The position numbers and the translations under genes are program-made. 64,000 nucleotides of DNA from Octopus vulgaris (Eukaryota): assembly GCA_951406725.2 (NCBI GenBank), contig OX597831.1, forward strand, positions 7,502,001 through 7,566,000, given 5' to 3'. The notes below the pieces were generated by a model. The model saw only the letters and a program-made list of their open reading frames with translations. It was not told where the DNA came from and searched no databases. Below, piece by piece: positions 61,257 through 64,000 of this stretch (its first letter is position 1; each line of letters begins with the position of its first letter).

Positions 61257-61779
61257 CTTGCCACTAGATTCTGGTGGTGGTGGCCACACACCAATAGATT
61301 CTCAGAGTTTGTGCCACTGTTGTTTCCTTCAGCCAAGTGCTTTTGTTTTAGTTCCATTAGCAGCAACAAGTCCACTTTTGCTATGCTGTGACTAGAGAAC
61401 CACATTTTGATTTGCTTCTTGCAACTCTTTTACATCGAAATTTGAAGCCATTCTTATTACTATTATGCTAATTTTCTGTGGTATTTATTATCTGGTCTGT
61501 AGGGATGGTAGGTCCAGGAGACCTATTTCTTTATTCCCCACAAGGGGACAAACAAGGACAGACATAAATATTAAGTCGATTACATCGACCCCAGTGTGTA
61601 ACTGGTACTTAGTTTATCGACCCCCGAAAGGATGAAAGGCAAAATCAACCTCGGCAGAATTTGAACTCAGAACGTAACGGCAGACGAAATATGGCTACGT
61701 ATTTTGCCCGGCGTGCTAACGTTTCTGCCAGCTCACCACCTTTATAGTAGGTCCAGGAGACCTACTATAAACAGTAATG

Positions 61780-63600
61780 GCCCTAAAGAGAGTTCCCTGG
61801 GGGGGGCCTCAATGCAGATTTTGTGTTTCTCTAGAGAGGCCACTGTTGGCTGCAACTACCTGACTTATCTTTCAAGAAGTCATGTAACCACTCTCCTAGT
61901 TTACCAGCTCCGTCAAGATCTCACAGCTTGAGATATATCATGCCACGTCCCATCTTGTCAAAGACCTTTGCAAATTCAAGATATGTCACATTAATGTTTG
62001 GGGTTAAGGTTTCAAAAGCCAGTCATAGTCCCATAAGAGCTGTGTGGGGGCAGCTTCTTTTCAGGTAGCAACTATGCTGGGTATCTTTCGGCAAGTCCTT
62101 TTCTTCTAGAAACATTATCTGTTTCCTTCTGACAATTCATTCCATAACTTTACTGAAATGAGAAGACAGATAGAGATGGACCTGCAGTTTTTAGCTTCTG
62201 CTCTGTTCCTACCTTTATGGATAGGGAATATAATTTGTTTTAGCTTTTGAGGAAGTTTACCATTTGTAAGCGAACTCTGGAAAAGTATCTGAAGTAGTTT
62301 TGCTAAAGCCTACTTATACAACTTCAAGCAAACAACTAAGAAACCCTTGGAACCACTTGCTGAGTTTAAGCTCTTTTCATCTTTGGCTATTGTTGGTTAC
62401 ATCTGCCTTTTCATCTTTGTCTATTGTTGGTTACATCTGCCTTTTAATCTTTGGCTATTGTTACTTACATCTGCCTCTTCAATGTCAATGCAACTGATGC
62501 TTGCTGCCTTCTTTTGTAGAACAATAATATCAAAGAACTCAGCCAGATTATTTGCATTGGGGAAGTGAAGACACTTTTGAATTGTTCACTGAGCACTTCA
62601 CTTACCGTTTTGTGGTCCACAGTCAGTGAACCATTCCCTTGGAACAATGCTCTTATTTTGTAGGGAACTGTGGCAGTTTCCTTTGCAAATTTATAGAAAG
62701 ATTTAGGGTTTGTTTTTACACTTTCCACAGCTCTGTTCTCTCTTTTTCACCTGAGAATTTGATTCTAATTTCAATTTCCATCAGTGTCTGTCTTATTTTT
62801 GACTTTTCACCATTCTTCAGGCTTTAGTTCTGTGTCTTCAAAGGATTTTCCTATCTCTGGGGATTTTATTTTTGGGCCAAGCTGGCCTTTTTCCCTGGGG
62901 CATATTTAGTGCATATAGCTTACATCATTAATATAAACTTCAAGTCGTCGTCTTGCATAGAAGACAGACTGCCACACCAATTTCATTTGTAGATCTCTTT
63001 GCTGATAGATTTCCATTCTGCTTTATGAAAATTCAAGTTGCATACAACTTTGGTCCTTCTAATAGAATCGATGCCAGTAGCTTGCCTTGGACCATACATT
63101 GTTAGCTTTACACTGTTGTGGTCTGAGAGTGCTGTCGGTGTCACCTTCCCATTATGGATAAGATCCATGTTATTTGTGAAGCAGAGATCCAAGATGTCAT
63201 TACCCCTGGTTGGCTGGAGTATCCCTCGTTCCATGAACAGCATATTACAAAGTTCTAGTAGTGATTCTATTTGCCTTTGTTCATGCAGTGACAACCCAAA
63301 GAGGATTCGGTCTTCAGGCCATTTCCCATTTGTGGGGTTGAAGTCACCCAGGAAGAGTATATTGATCAATCCCTCTTCCATGCATCTGAGGTTGTCTTTC
63401 AGTTGACCATCATGTTTCAAAGCATTTGGTGGATGATACCATGTGTACATCACCACTTCGAGTTACTTTAAGTACACTATGAATGTGTCACAAACCAAGT
63501 TCAATGGTGTGACATCTCCACAGATGTACAACACAATCCACCAAGCTCTTTCCCTTGTCTTTGGAAAACAGAACACATTGGGATGTGCATCTCTGCATAA
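61780..63600 (-). mobile_element. CR1-like LINE relic (APE endonuclease + RT fragments)
   Basis: ILFLGDFN, QPTRGNDILDLCFTNN and LSDHN (APE); KTNPKSFYKFAK linker; YLEFAKVFD-like RT motif; many disruptions. Confidence 0.8.
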
Positions 63601-64000
63601 TTTACATCTGCAGACCAAAGTGTTTCTCTAAGTGTGTGTGTGTGTGTGTGTGTACACACGAGACTAGACAAATTCAGTGGTTAGTCTAGTTTTACTCTGC
63701 CTGAGGAAAAGATAGGATGGTCATTGTTGGAGTGTCACAGTTTCAATCCACAACTGTACAACTTAAATCTGATTCAAAACATGAAACTTATCTCACACAC
63801 GCATATTTTGCTCTATTTTCACACAGTTCTTGTGACTCGATGAAAGAAGGTCACACGAATATCAAAATAGCCACCAACAACATTGCTAATTGATATTATC
63901 ATAAATTACAATACAATTAAGATAATGAAAGCTGATTATAATTGTTTGTGACATAAGCAAGAAGCCAGAAATTGTTAAAAGTGGGGAGAAGTCGATTCAA

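Noticed and set aside
60860-61460. Minus-strand coding exon of a neighbouring gene
   Set aside because: The frame inspected is interrupted by a stop and a SINE insertion, and no motif was recognisable.

Overview
AT-rich, repeat-dense eukaryotic DNA. The SINE/RTE repertoire looks like an octopus (coleoid cephalopod) genome; this is an inference from repeat sequences. The main gene is a 17-exon, + strand SECIS-binding protein 2 family gene (SBP2/SECISBP2L-type). Its CDS joins 18847..54863 (about 1305 aa), all introns are GT-AG with consistent phases, and it has the SID and L7Ae domains and probably a ~6 kb 3' UTR. Upstream lie a Gypsy LTR element with an internal deletion nested in a Dong/R4-like non-LTR relic, an intron-containing tRNA-Leu(CAA) gene or pseudogene, DNA-transposon relics and many SINE/RTE copies. 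A CR1-like LINE relic ends the window. The most striking unexplained feature is a 257-nt, GC-richer, extensively foldable insert in intron 4 (31557..31813). It carries an intact minimal type I hammerhead ribozyme and is flanked by a 14-bp target-site duplication, so it is a candidate retrozyme-like element. Also notable: a UGA-terminated uORF overlapping the SBP2 start codon (AUGA), a PAM2-like N-terminal motif, three locally templated copy-insertions inside the gene, and a long hairpin in the putative 3' UTR. Everything was read by eye; no database searches or folding programs were run.
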